From: Halorarum halobium
GTDB lineage: Archaea; Halobacteriota; Halobacteria; Halobacteriales; Haloferacaceae
Reading direction: 5' to 3'
NCBI RefSeq assembly: GCF_032116555.1
Contig: NZ_CP134949.1
Location: 1,736,001-1,800,000 of the forward strand
DNA: 64,000 nucleotides
Part shown: in pieces, positions 55,254 to 64,000 of the stretch
Layout: each line of letters opens with the position of its first letter
Numbering within the stretch: position 1 is the stretch's first letter
The notes under the pieces: generated by a model
Database searches by the model: none
Told to the model about the DNA's origin: nothing
Seen by the model: only the letters and a program-made list of their open reading frames with translations
Position numbers and translations under genes: made by a program

Positions 55254-56636
55254 TCAGTCCTCTGTCGCCATCGGACTGGTCGACGGTCCGGCGGCCGCGT
55301 CCGCGCCGTCGTCGCCGTACAGGTGGCACGCGACGTCCCTCGTTCCGGACGGCCGGCGGTCCGGGTGCTCCCGCTCACAGACCGTCGCGAGCACGTCGTC
55401 GAGGCCGTCGGCGGCAGCGACGGCGTCGCCGTCCATCGCGGTTTCCGCCGCCTCGAACATGGCGTCGCGGGCCGCCGTCGGGAGGTCGAGTTCCCGCAGC
55501 GAGACGTGGTGACCCCCCGTGCGTCGTTCGGTCTCCGTCTGGAACTCGTCCGGGACGTCCAGTGTCAGTCCGTGTTCGACGATCCGACGGGTCGGGTCGT
55601 CGGTCTCGGCCGCGAGCGTCTCCGCGTCGATGTCGCCACGGCGGAGCTTCAGCTTGAACTTGTGGGCCCGGCGGAACGCCTCCTGGCTGCCGGTCCAGTC
55701 GTCGGGCGGGATGACGTGTGCACACCGGGGGTTGTACCGGCAGGCGGACGGCGGGTTGCGGGGCGAGGGGACCTCGCCGGTCGCGTTCGCACGGCGGCGC
55801 TCGTCGCCGAGTTCCACGTCCGGGACGGCGTCGAACAGCGCCTCCGTGTACGGGTGTTTCGGGTCGTCGATGATGTCGTTCGTCGGCCCCTTCTCGACCA
55901 TGTCGCCCAGATACATGATGCCGGCGCGGTCGCACATGTAGCGGATGAGCGAGAGGTCGTGGCTGATGAACAGGTAGGTGAGGTCGTACTCGTCCTGCAG
56001 TTCCTTCATCAGGTTCAGGACGCCGGCGCGGATCGAGACGTCGAGCATCGACACCGGCTCGTCACAGACGATGAACTCGGGGTCGACGACGAGCGCACGG
56101 GCGATGGCGACCCGCTGGCGCTCGCCGCCGGAAAGTTCGTCCGGGAATGCGTCGAGGTACACCTCCGCGGGCGCGAGCCCAACGTCGTTGAGCACGTTCC
56201 GTACCCGCTCGCGTCGCTCCTCGTAGTCGTCGATGGTCCCGTTGATCTTCAGCGGCTCGGCGACCGTGTCGAAGACGGACATCCGCGGGTTGAGCGACTC
56301 GAACGGGTCCTGAAAGATCATCTGGACGCGCTCGCGGAACTCGGACTCCTCCCGGTTCGACATCTCCGTGATGTCGGTCCCGTCGAACCTGATCGAGCCC
56401 TCGTTCGGTTCGTACAGCTTCACCAGCAGCTTGCCGAGCGTCGTCTTGCCACAGCCCGACTCGCCGGCGATGCCGACGACGTCGCCCCGGTTGATGGTGA
56501 ACGACACGTTCTCGACCGCGCGAACCGGCCGTGGCTCGCGCCCCAGGATGGTGTCGACGACGCCCTGGGAGGTGTCGAACAGCTTGCTGACGTTCTCTAC
56601 TTCGACTAGCGGCTCTCGATCTCCTGCTCGGTCCAT
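55254..56636 (-). CDS. dppF: Peptide ABC transporter ATP-binding subunit
   Basis: GESGCGKTT, LSGGERQR, DEPVSMLD, HPYT, CRYNPRC..VACHL. Confidence 0.9.
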   Translation of the reverse strand: MDRAGDREPLVEVENVSKLFDTSQGVVDTILGREPRPVRAVENVSFTINRGDVVGIAGESGCGKTTLGKLLVKLYEPNEGSIRFDGTDITEMSNREESEFRERVQMIFQDPFESLNPRMSVFDTVAEPLKINGTIDDYEERRERVRNVLNDVGLAPAEVYLDAFPDELSGGERQRVAIARALVVDPEFIVCDEPVSMLDVSIRAGVLNLMKELQDEYDLTYLFISHDLSLIRYMCDRAGIMYLGDMVEKGPTNDIIDDPKHPYTEALFDAVPDVELGDERRRANATGEVPSPRNPPSACRYNPRCAHVIPPDDWTGSQEAFRRAHKFKLKLRRGDIDAETLAAETDDPTRRIVEHGLTLDVPDEFQTETERRTGGHHVSLRELDLPTAARDAMFEAAETAMDGDAVAAADGLDDVLATVCEREHPDRRPSGTRDVACHLYGDDGADAAAGPSTSPMATED

Positions 56637-57760
56637 GTGTTCTCCTGGGTGGCGTCGGTTCGGATCGTTTCGAGCTCGTCCACGCGGTAACACGCGGACC
56701 GGTGCGCGCGGTGGTCGGCCGCCTCGCGGCGGACGCCCTCCGAGGTCACCGACTCCACGTCGTACATCGGTGGGTGGCTCGTGTGACACTCCTCGACCGC
56801 GAACGGGCAGCGCTCCCGAAACCGACAGCCGTCTTCGGGGTCCCGCAGCGTCGGTGGCGTCCCCGGGATGGAGACGAGCGACTGGCTCTCCTCGGTGATC
56901 GTCGGGAACGAGTTCTTCAGCCCGAGCGTGTACGGGTTCGCGGTGTCGCCGAAGATGTCCGTCTTCGGCCCGCTCTCCATCACCTTCCCGCCGTACATGA
57001 CCGCCATCCGGTCACAGATCTCGGCCATCACCGAGATGTCGTGGCTGATGACGAGGATCGAGACGCCGAACTCCTCCTGCAACTTTTCGAGTTCCTCCAG
57101 GATGCGGTCCTGGATGATGACGTCGAGGGCGGTCGTCGGCTCGTCGGCGATGAGCAGGTCGGGCTCGCAGGCCATCGCCATGGCGATGACCGCCCGCTGT
57201 TTCATGCCGCCCGAGAACTCGTGGGCGTAGTCGTCCGCGCGGTCCGGCTCGATGCCGACCCGTTCGAGCAGGTCGCGGGCCCGCTCGTCAGCCTCGCGTT
57301 TGGACGTCCCCGGCTCGTGTCGGAGGATGGCCTCGACGATCTGATCGCCGACCTTGTAGACGGGGTTCAACGCGTTCATCGCGCTCTGTGGGATGAGCGC
57401 GATGTCGCGCCAGCGGACGTTCCGGATCTGCTCGGTCGTGAGGGCGGCCAGGTCCGTCTTGCCGTCCGCACGGACCGGATAGTCGTCGTCGATGATTTCC
57501 TGGCGCGCGTCGCCGGACTCGTCCTCCCACGAGGGGAGGGTGCCGTCGAACCACACCTCGCCGTTCTCGATGTAGCCGTTCGAATCCAGCAGGTGGACGA
57601 GGCTCTTGGCGAGCGTCGTCTTGCCGCAGCCGGACTCGCCGACCAGCCCGTACGTTTCGCCACGTTCCACGGAGAAGGAGACCTCGTCGGCCGCGTGGAC
57701 CGAGGAGTCCTCCTCCACCGCGTATCGGATCGAGAGATCGTTGACTTCCAGTAGTGTCAT
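56606..57760 (-). CDS. dppD: Peptide ABC transporter ATP-binding subunit
   Basis: GESGCGKTT, FSGGMKQR, DEPTTALD, CRFRERC. Confidence 0.9.
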   Translation of the reverse strand: MTLLEVNDLSIRYAVEEDSSVHAADEVSFSVERGETYGLVGESGCGKTTLAKSLVHLLDSNGYIENGEVWFDGTLPSWEDESGDARQEIIDDDYPVRADGKTDLAALTTEQIRNVRWRDIALIPQSAMNALNPVYKVGDQIVEAILRHEPGTSKREADERARDLLERVGIEPDRADDYAHEFSGGMKQRAVIAMAMACEPDLLIADEPTTALDVIIQDRILEELEKLQEEFGVSILVISHDISVMAEICDRMAVMYGGKVMESGPKTDIFGDTANPYTLGLKNSFPTITEESQSLVSIPGTPPTLRDPEDGCRFRERCPFAVEECHTSHPPMYDVESVTSEGVRREAADHRAHRSACYRVDELETIRTDATQENTWTEQEIESR

Positions 57761-58722
57761 GAGTCACGCTGTGGGTTGGTTACGTCCTCCATCGAGAAGC
57801 CGACGAAGTAGAAGGCGGTCGCCAGCAGCGTGATGGCGAGCCCCGGCGGGATGAGCCACCACCACGCGTCGAAGACGTACCCTTCCGCCTGGATGTTCTG
57901 CAGCATGATCCCCCACGAGTCCGCGGTGAAGTCCGCGAGCCCGAGGTACGCCAGCGACGCCTGCGCGATCACCGCGCCGGCAGCGTCGGAGGCCAGATAG
58001 ACGAACGACAGCGGCAGCACGCTCGGCATGATGTGTCTGAACATGATCCGGGTGTCGCTCGCGCCCGCAACCTTGGCCGACTCGACGAACGACCGCTCGC
58101 GGAGCGAGAGCGTCTCGCCGCGGATGACGATACAGTTGTTCAGCCACGACGTGACCGCGATGCCGATGATGATGTTCGTCGTGTTGATGCCCCGGACCGC
58201 GACCAGCACGATGAGGAACGGCAGGAACGGCAGGCCGTACATCACGTCGACGATGCGCTGGATCGTCTCGTCGATCCAGGTGTCGCCGTAGAAGCCGGAG
58301 ATGAGCCCCAGCGGCACGCCGACGAGACTGGAGAGCAGTCCGGCGGCGAGGCCGATGTACATCGCGGTGCTCGCCGAATGGACGACGAGCGTGAGGATGC
58401 CCTCGCCCGCCTGGTTCGTCCCCAGCGGGGCGAAGAACGGGTCCCCGAACGCCGGCGGGTGGGGGAGCGACCTGATCTGTTCGCCGGTCAGTCGCGCGTT
58501 GTGGGGTGGTTCTCCGAGGTAGGCGACCCACTCCAGCGAGTGGGGCGCGAACACGCCCGGGATGATGGACCACACCGCGTAGACGACGAGGATGACGAGC
58601 CCGATGACGCCCATCTTGTGCTCGGTGAACCGATCCCAGCTCCGTCGAAACCGCTCGATTCGCGGCTCCCATCGTCGCTTGAACGAGTCGAGGTTCGAAG
58701 TGTCCTGATTGTCCGTCGCCAT
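57757..58722 (-). CDS. dppC: Peptide ABC transporter permease
   Basis: PLGT; EAA loop FVESAKVAGA..RHIMP; WWWLIPPG. Confidence 0.9.
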   Translation of the reverse strand: MATDNQDTSNLDSFKRRWEPRIERFRRSWDRFTEHKMGVIGLVILVVYAVWSIIPGVFAPHSLEWVAYLGEPPHNARLTGEQIRSLPHPPAFGDPFFAPLGTNQAGEGILTLVVHSASTAMYIGLAAGLLSSLVGVPLGLISGFYGDTWIDETIQRIVDVMYGLPFLPFLIVLVAVRGINTTNIIIGIAVTSWLNNCIVIRGETLSLRERSFVESAKVAGASDTRIMFRHIMPSVLPLSFVYLASDAAGAVIAQASLAYLGLADFTADSWGIMLQNIQAEGYVFDAWWWLIPPGLAITLLATAFYFVGFSMEDVTNPQRDS

Positions 58723-58723
58723 G

Positions 58724-59713
58724 TTAATTGTTCTCACCGAATTTGATCCGCGGGTCGAGGTACGTGTAGACGACGTCAGTGAGCAGGCGCATGACGACGA
58801 CCAGTACCGCGATCATGAAGAACGCGGCCTGTGCGGTCGGGAAGTCCCGGCTCAACACCGCGCTGATGATGAGCGCTCCCATCCCCGGCCAGCTGAACAC
58901 CTGCTCTACGATCACCGAGCCGTCGATGAGGAACGCCAGGCTGACGATCGCGCCGGTGACGACCGGGATGAGCGCGTTGCGTGCGGCGTGTTTGATCATC
59001 ACCGTGCGCTCCGAGAGCCCCTTCGCGCGTGCGAGAAACACGTAGCCCTCGTCGGTCACATTGTTCATCGTCGGCCGCATCACGAGCATCGAGCCGACCC
59101 AGCCGATGAAGGTGAGACTCAACATCGGCAACGCCATGTGGTACAGCACGTCCCGCATGATCGTGAACGCCGTCCACTCGAACTCCGGATACTGCGTGAA
59201 CATGAACGCGCTCGGGAGCCAGTCGAGTTCGTAGTTGAACACCCAGATGAACAGCCAGGAGATCCAGAACGCGGGCATGGAGTAGACGAACAGCGAGCTA
59301 CTGAAGATGCCCTTGTCCTTGGTGCTCCCGCGCCACCAGCCGAGATACATCCCGACGAGCGGACCGATGACGAACCCGACGATGAACACCGAGCCGAACA
59401 GCACGATCGTCCGTGGCATGCGTCGGACGATGAGGCTCCACACCTCGGTGTTCTGGGTCGGGGACCGACCGAAGTTGCCGGTCTGGTAGTTGACCATGAA
59501 GTTGATGTACTGTTTCCAGAGAGGTTCGTTGAGGCCCCACTCCTGTCGGATTCGCTCGATCTGTTCGGCCGTCATCCCCGGCGTGATCATGCCCTGAATG
59601 AACGACCCGGGCATGCTCCGGAGCAGGACGAACAGCAGCGACATGATGACGAGGAGCGTCAGGTATGAGACGACGATCCGTTTCGCCAAGTACGTTCCAC
59701 TGATTCTAGTCAT
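58724..59713 (-). CDS. dppB: Peptide ABC transporter permease
   Basis: ARAKGLSERTVMIKHAARNA, EQVFSWPGMG, LDPRI. Confidence 0.92.
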   Translation of the reverse strand: MTRISGTYLAKRIVVSYLTLLVIMSLLFVLLRSMPGSFIQGMITPGMTAEQIERIRQEWGLNEPLWKQYINFMVNYQTGNFGRSPTQNTEVWSLIVRRMPRTIVLFGSVFIVGFVIGPLVGMYLGWWRGSTKDKGIFSSSLFVYSMPAFWISWLFIWVFNYELDWLPSAFMFTQYPEFEWTAFTIMRDVLYHMALPMLSLTFIGWVGSMLVMRPTMNNVTDEGYVFLARAKGLSERTVMIKHAARNALIPVVTGAIVSLAFLIDGSVIVEQVFSWPGMGALIISAVLSRDFPTAQAAFFMIAVLVVVMRLLTDVVYTYLDPRIKFGENN

Positions 59714-59820
59714 GCATTGTCAGACCGCGAGTGTGCGCGAACATCACCATGGACCGAATATGAATCTGTTGAATCGATGCCTCGAAAAGTCGAAAACCGG
59801 CCGGAAGCGGGGCTGTGAGG

Positions 59821-61863
59821 CTACTCGGCCTGGTGGACCTGCTGGAACTGCCAGCCGAGGTACGTGGAGCCGGGACCGGGGATGTTGCCGACGAAGCCGC
59901 CCCAGTTCGCGGAGTTGACCGGCCACTTGGTCACGTTGTAGGTCGTGACCATCGTCGGGAAGTCGAGGTAGATCTTCTCGACGGCCTCCCGTGCCAGCTG
60001 GTTGCGCGTGTCGGCGTCCATCTCGCTGCGCGCCTCCTCGATGAGGTCGTCCGCGCCGGCGTCCTCGAACAGCCCGTAGCCCATCGGGTTGTTGAGCGAC
60101 GTCTCGGAGTTACCCTCCGAGTGGTCGTCGGCCTGGGAGCTGTGGAACAGCCCGTACAGCGTGCTGACTGCGAACGGCGAGAGGTTGACCCAGCCCATCG
60201 GAAACAGGTCGAAGTCCTCCTCGACGTACACGCGCGTCAGCATCGTGTTGAACGTGTTGACCTCGCGCTGAACCGGAATCCCGATCTGCTGGAGCTGGTT
60301 GATGAAGTTCTCCATCATCTGGGCGGCCTGGGGCGCGTTGTCCGCCGGGTTGATGTAGAACACGAGCGGGTCGCCGCCGCGAAGTTCGGTCAGCGTCTGC
60401 CCGTCGACGCGGATCTCCTGTTCGGTCTCCGCGTCCGCGAGGATGTCGGACTCGACCGGCCCGAACGAGTAGTCGTATTTCGACTCCGTCTGGCTCGCCG
60501 AGACGTCGGACATGCTGCCGGGGTAGTCCTGGCCGACGAACGTGCCGGACTCGCCGGTGACAGCCTGCCCCTCGGTGAGGAACGAGCGAACGCCTTCGAC
60601 GTCCACGACGCCTGGACCGGACTGACGGAAGGAGAACACCTCCGCGGCCGGGGAGTTGAGCACCTCGACGTCGTCGGCCCCGTCCGGGCGAACCTGCTTG
60701 TAGCCGGGCGGCATGACGAAGTCGCCCGCCTGCGCGTACCCCTGTGCGAGGCGGTCGACCGCGTACACCTCGTCGTACGCGAAGCCGAGCATCTGCCGGA
60801 ACGTGATGTCATCGAGGGGGGCGTTCCGGAGGTTGAACGAGTAGTGGGAGTAGCCCGTGTCGTACCCGTCGACGAGGCTCAGTCCCTCCGCCTCCTCCAC
60901 GTCCGGGATGCGGGAACTCGGCGAGATGCCCTCGTACATCGTGTCGAGTTCGCCGTTGAGGAACGCCTGGTTCAGCGCGCTCTGGCTCCCGTAGACGAAG
61001 ATGCGGATGGCGTCGACGAACGGGCCGCCGTTGATGAGGCCGTTGACGTCCTCGCGCCAGTCGAGACTCGAGAGCGTGTAGTCGCCCTCCCGCTCGGCGT
61101 AGCTGATCTCGATGGTGGTGTCGGGCTCGTAGCGGGTGACGACGCCCGGGCCGAGGCCGAGGAGTTCGCCCTCGTTGCCGGGGCGAGGCTGGTACTGCTG
61201 GTAGTCGGAGACGTCGGACCATTCCTTCTCCGCCAGGATCGGAATGTTACCGAGCTGCGTCGAGTCGTAGGTCCCCAGCGGCTGGGCCAGCGTCATCTCG
61301 ACGTCCCAGTCGCCGTCAGACTCCACGACCTCCGTGATCGGGTCGATGTAGGAGACGAACGCGCCCGGCTCCTGCTCCATGACGTAGTTGTACGAGAACA
61401 CGACGTCCGAGACGGAGAGCTCGCTCCCGTCGTTGAACGTGAGTCCGTCCTGGACGTTGATGCGGACGAGGACGTTCGGCTGGTCGTTCTCGCCGGTTTC
61501 GTCGAGCTCCTCGAACTCCCACTCGGAGAAGACGTTGGGACGGACGGAGGTCGTGACCGGGTCCGTCGCGGTGCCATACTCGAACACCTGATTGAGGATG
61601 ACGCTCGAATAGGCGGAGTTCGTGTTGAGCACGTTGAGCCCGGCCGGGGCCTGGGACATCCCGACGCGGAAGTTCCCGCCCGTGGTGATGTCGCTCTCGT
61701 CGACGTTACTGTCGGTCGGCGTCTGCTCCTCCGTCGGCGTCGGCTCGTCCGTCGGCGTGCTGTCGCCCCCCTGGCTGCACCCTGCGAGGCCCAGCGAGAC
61801 GGCGGCTGCACCGGTTCCCTTGAGGAATCGGCGGCGGTTCGAATCGGTCTGACTGTCGGACAT
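59821..61863 (-). CDS. dppA: Peptide ABC substrate-binding lipoprotein (Tat-exported, family 5)
   Basis: RRRFLK twin-arginine motif, LAGC lipobox, FNDGSELSVSDVVFSY. Confidence 0.9.
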   Translation of the reverse strand: MSDSQTDSNRRRFLKGTGAAAVSLGLAGCSQGGDSTPTDEPTPTEEQTPTDSNVDESDITTGGNFRVGMSQAPAGLNVLNTNSAYSSVILNQVFEYGTATDPVTTSVRPNVFSEWEFEELDETGENDQPNVLVRINVQDGLTFNDGSELSVSDVVFSYNYVMEQEPGAFVSYIDPITEVVESDGDWDVEMTLAQPLGTYDSTQLGNIPILAEKEWSDVSDYQQYQPRPGNEGELLGLGPGVVTRYEPDTTIEISYAEREGDYTLSSLDWREDVNGLINGGPFVDAIRIFVYGSQSALNQAFLNGELDTMYEGISPSSRIPDVEEAEGLSLVDGYDTGYSHYSFNLRNAPLDDITFRQMLGFAYDEVYAVDRLAQGYAQAGDFVMPPGYKQVRPDGADDVEVLNSPAAEVFSFRQSGPGVVDVEGVRSFLTEGQAVTGESGTFVGQDYPGSMSDVSASQTESKYDYSFGPVESDILADAETEQEIRVDGQTLTELRGGDPLVFYINPADNAPQAAQMMENFINQLQQIGIPVQREVNTFNTMLTRVYVEEDFDLFPMGWVNLSPFAVSTLYGLFHSSQADDHSEGNSETSLNNPMGYGLFEDAGADDLIEEARSEMDADTRNQLAREAVEKIYLDFPTMVTTYNVTKWPVNSANWGGFVGNIPGPGSTYLGWQFQQVHQAE

Positions 61864-61887
61864 ACGGAACTCCGTTATTGGATGTCA

Positions 61888-61895
61888 TACTTAAG
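61888..61895 (-). promoter_or_regulatory. TATA box of dppA (probably a leaderless transcript)
   Basis: CTTAAGTA on the minus strand about 25 nt upstream of ATG 61863. Confidence 0.55.
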
Positions 61896-61983
61896 CTTGT
61901 GGATTCCACTCATGAGGAATCAATACATACACATCGCCGCGCAGTATGCCGGTATGTGACTGCTACCGTCGAAGATTCGGGGT

Positions 61984-62259
61984 TCATCGGTCGAACAAGG
62001 TTTCGTGAGTCCGGATTCCAAAATAAAGCGCCAGCGTGACCGCAGCCATCCCCCCGGAAAGGTAGGTCTTTGGCGGCGTCGTTCCGACCCCCTGCTGGGC
62101 CAGTGCCATGCCGAGAAACGCCCAGCCACCCGAAAACACGAACCCGATCGTGAAACAGAGGAGCCCCGATCCGGTCCGATCGTTCGCGTGGAGTCCGATC
62201 CCGAGCAGGAGGAACGTCCCCCCGATGAGGGCAAAGACCGTACGGGTCTCGAGTGCCAT
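61984..62259 (-). CDS. Hypothetical three-TM protein
   Basis: 91 aa; three hydrophobic helices. Confidence 0.6.
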   Translation of the reverse strand: MALETRTVFALIGGTFLLLGIGLHANDRTGSGLLCFTIGFVFSGGWAFLGMALAQQGVGTTPPKTYLSGGMAAVTLALYFGIRTHETLFDR

Positions 62260-62365
62260 CCCGTCGGCGTACGTAACCCGGGGTTAAATCCTCCACGTAT
62301 ACACGTGACCGGCACCCCGGGGAACGCCGATCTCGGCCGAGGCCGTTTCGAGGGGGAAATCCGAA

Positions 62366-62644
62366 TCAGTCGATGGTGAAGGTGGCGTCCGTGAGGCTCT
62401 CGCTCCGGCAGTCCGGACACCGGGACGGCGCGTTCGCCGGGTCATCGAACCCGGAGAACCCGCAGTCACGACACTCGGGGGGCGCGACCAGCAGTTCCTC
62501 CTCGTCCAGCGAGCGGGCGACGTGACGGACGTGATCGTACACCTGTGCCGTGGGAACGGCGAGGCGGGCCGACAGCTCCGGCGCCGTCAGCGCCTCCGCA
62601 CGGAGGTCGTCGGCGATCCGCTCGCGCGTGGTCCGCTCGGGCAT
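62366..62644 (-). CDS. HTH plus Zn-ribbon transcriptional regulator (COG3357-like)
   Basis: TTRERIAD, VYDHVRHVARSL, CRDCGF, CPDCRS. Confidence 0.88.
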   Translation of the reverse strand: MPERTTRERIADDLRAEALTAPELSARLAVPTAQVYDHVRHVARSLDEEELLVAPPECRDCGFSGFDDPANAPSRCPDCRSESLTDATFTID

Positions 62645-62736
62645 ACGAGCGTGGTAGCCGTGGACGACCGTGACGCTTTCGACACCCGGCACGCGAGAGG
62701 AAAAAGACCTTAACCGGCCACGCGGACTTCCAAGTC

Positions 62737-63705
62737 ATGAAGGCAGTGGTACTCGCCGGCGGCTACGCCACGCGTCTCTGGCCGATCACCCGCCATCGGC
62801 CCAAGATGTTCCTCCCGGTCGGTGAGGGTACGGTCATCGACCAGATCTTCGCGGACCTCGAGGCCGACGAGCGGATCGACGAGGTGTTCGTCTCGACCAA
62901 CGAGCGCTTCGCCGAGCGCTTCGAGGAGTACCTCGCCGAGGCCACGTTCGAGAAGCCCACCCTCTCCATCGAGGACACCTCCGAGGAGTCCGAGAAGTTC
63001 GGCGTCGTCGGCGCGCTCGCCCAGCTCGTCGACCGAGAGGGCGTCGACGACGACCTGCTCGTCGTGGCCGGCGACAACCTGCTCTCGTTCGACGTCGCGG
63101 ACTTCGTCGACTACTTCGAGCGGAAGGGCGAGCCGACGATCGCGGCCTACGACGTGGGCTCCCGCGAGCGCGCGAAGGAGTACGGACTCGTCGAACTCGA
63201 CGACGACCGCGTCGTCGACTTCCAGGAGAAGCCCGACGACCCGAACAGCACGCTCGTCTCCATCGCCTGCTACGCCTACCCCCGGGAGACGCTGGACCTG
63301 CTCGAAACGTATCTCGCCGACGGCAACAACCCGGACGAGCCGGGGTGGTTCATCCAGTGGCTCCAGAACCGGACGGACGTGTACGCGTTCACCTTCGACG
63401 GCGCGTGGTTCGACATCGGCACGCCGGAGGCGTACCTCGACTCGGTCGCGTGGAAGCTCGGGGGCGAGAACTTCGTCCACGCCGACGCGACCGTGACGAA
63501 CTCGACGCTCGGGGAGAACGTGTTCGTGATGGCTGACGCGGAGGTCGTCGACTCCTCGCTCGACGAGACCGTCGTGTTCCCCAACGCCACCATCGAGAAC
63601 GCCGACATCCGCCGCTCCATCATCGACGAGGAGACGTCCGTGACCGGGCTCGACCTGGCCGGCGCGCTCATCGGCGCGCACTCACATCTCACAAACGGGA
63701 TCTAG
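62737..63705 (+). CDS. Sugar-phosphate nucleotidyltransferase (NDP-sugar synthase)
   Basis: LAGGYATRLWP..PK, GDN, EKP, WFDIGT; C-terminal hexapeptide repeats. Confidence 0.92.
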   Translation: MKAVVLAGGYATRLWPITRHRPKMFLPVGEGTVIDQIFADLEADERIDEVFVSTNERFAERFEEYLAEATFEKPTLSIEDTSEESEKFGVVGALAQLVDREGVDDDLLVVAGDNLLSFDVADFVDYFERKGEPTIAAYDVGSRERAKEYGLVELDDDRVVDFQEKPDDPNSTLVSIACYAYPRETLDLLETYLADGNNPDEPGWFIQWLQNRTDVYAFTFDGAWFDIGTPEAYLDSVAWKLGGENFVHADATVTNSTLGENVFVMADAEVVDSSLDETVVFPNATIENADIRRSIIDEETSVTGLDLAGALIGAHSHLTNGI

Positions 63706-63762
63706 TCGAACGGCCGCGAAAACGGATCTCGACCGGGAGTTCTCCGATGCCGAACTCGCCGA

Positions 63763-64000
63763 TCAGCGGAGCCTCGCGTCCGTCACACGGATCCGACCGC
63801 GGGTCCCGTCCCACTCCTCGTCGTAGGTCAACTCGATCGGGTTCCTCATGTGTGGACCGTCGGTCACGAACGTCTCGAACTCGCCCCCCTCGCCGAGCAC
63901 GTGGACGCCGTACTCCTCGTTCAACTCCACGAGCTCCGCCAGCGCGTCGCCGTCGAGCGTCCGCCCGAGCCAGGACTCGTCGAGGCCCGCGGCAGCGACC
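63763..64000 (-). CDS. dph6: Diphthine--ammonia ligase, 3' part (gene runs off the window)
   Basis: Hand translation: [41 protein letters not shown]. Confidence 0.85.
   Translation of the reverse strand, partial: VAAAGLDESWLGRTLDGDALAELVELNEEYGVHVLGEGGEFETFVTDGPHMRNPIELTYDEEWDGTRGRIRVTDARLR

Overview
High-GC, gene-dense chromosomal window from a halophilic archaeon (class Halobacteria), judged from the acidic proteins, TFB, RpoL/Rpo11, Tat lipoproteins and TATA-like boxes close to start codons. Most of it is housekeeping or transport: tRNA-Gly(TCC), pilB/pilC-type type IV pilus genes, rpoL, hisF, purL, tfb, gatCA, a Trk potassium-uptake cluster (2 trkA, 3 trkH), an iron-siderophore ABC system with three TTAGG-N4-CC(T/A)AA operator-like sites, coaBC, a 7-gene Mrp/Mnh Na+/H+ antiporter operon, a purine phosphoribosyltransferase, a dpp/opp peptide ABC operon, an NDP-sugar nucleotidyltransferase and a truncated dph6. 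I saw no CRISPR array, transposase or integrase. The most unusual element sits between two convergent trkH genes. It consists of a 43-aa peptide gene (27080-27211, absent from the ORF track) behind an AT-rich promoter-like region, abutting tail-to-tail a ~690-aa protein whose C-terminus carries a CHAT/caspase-like (clan CD) His/Cys signature. This is a candidate peptide plus protease signalling or peptide-maturation module. All assignments are from motif recognition by eye; no searches were run.
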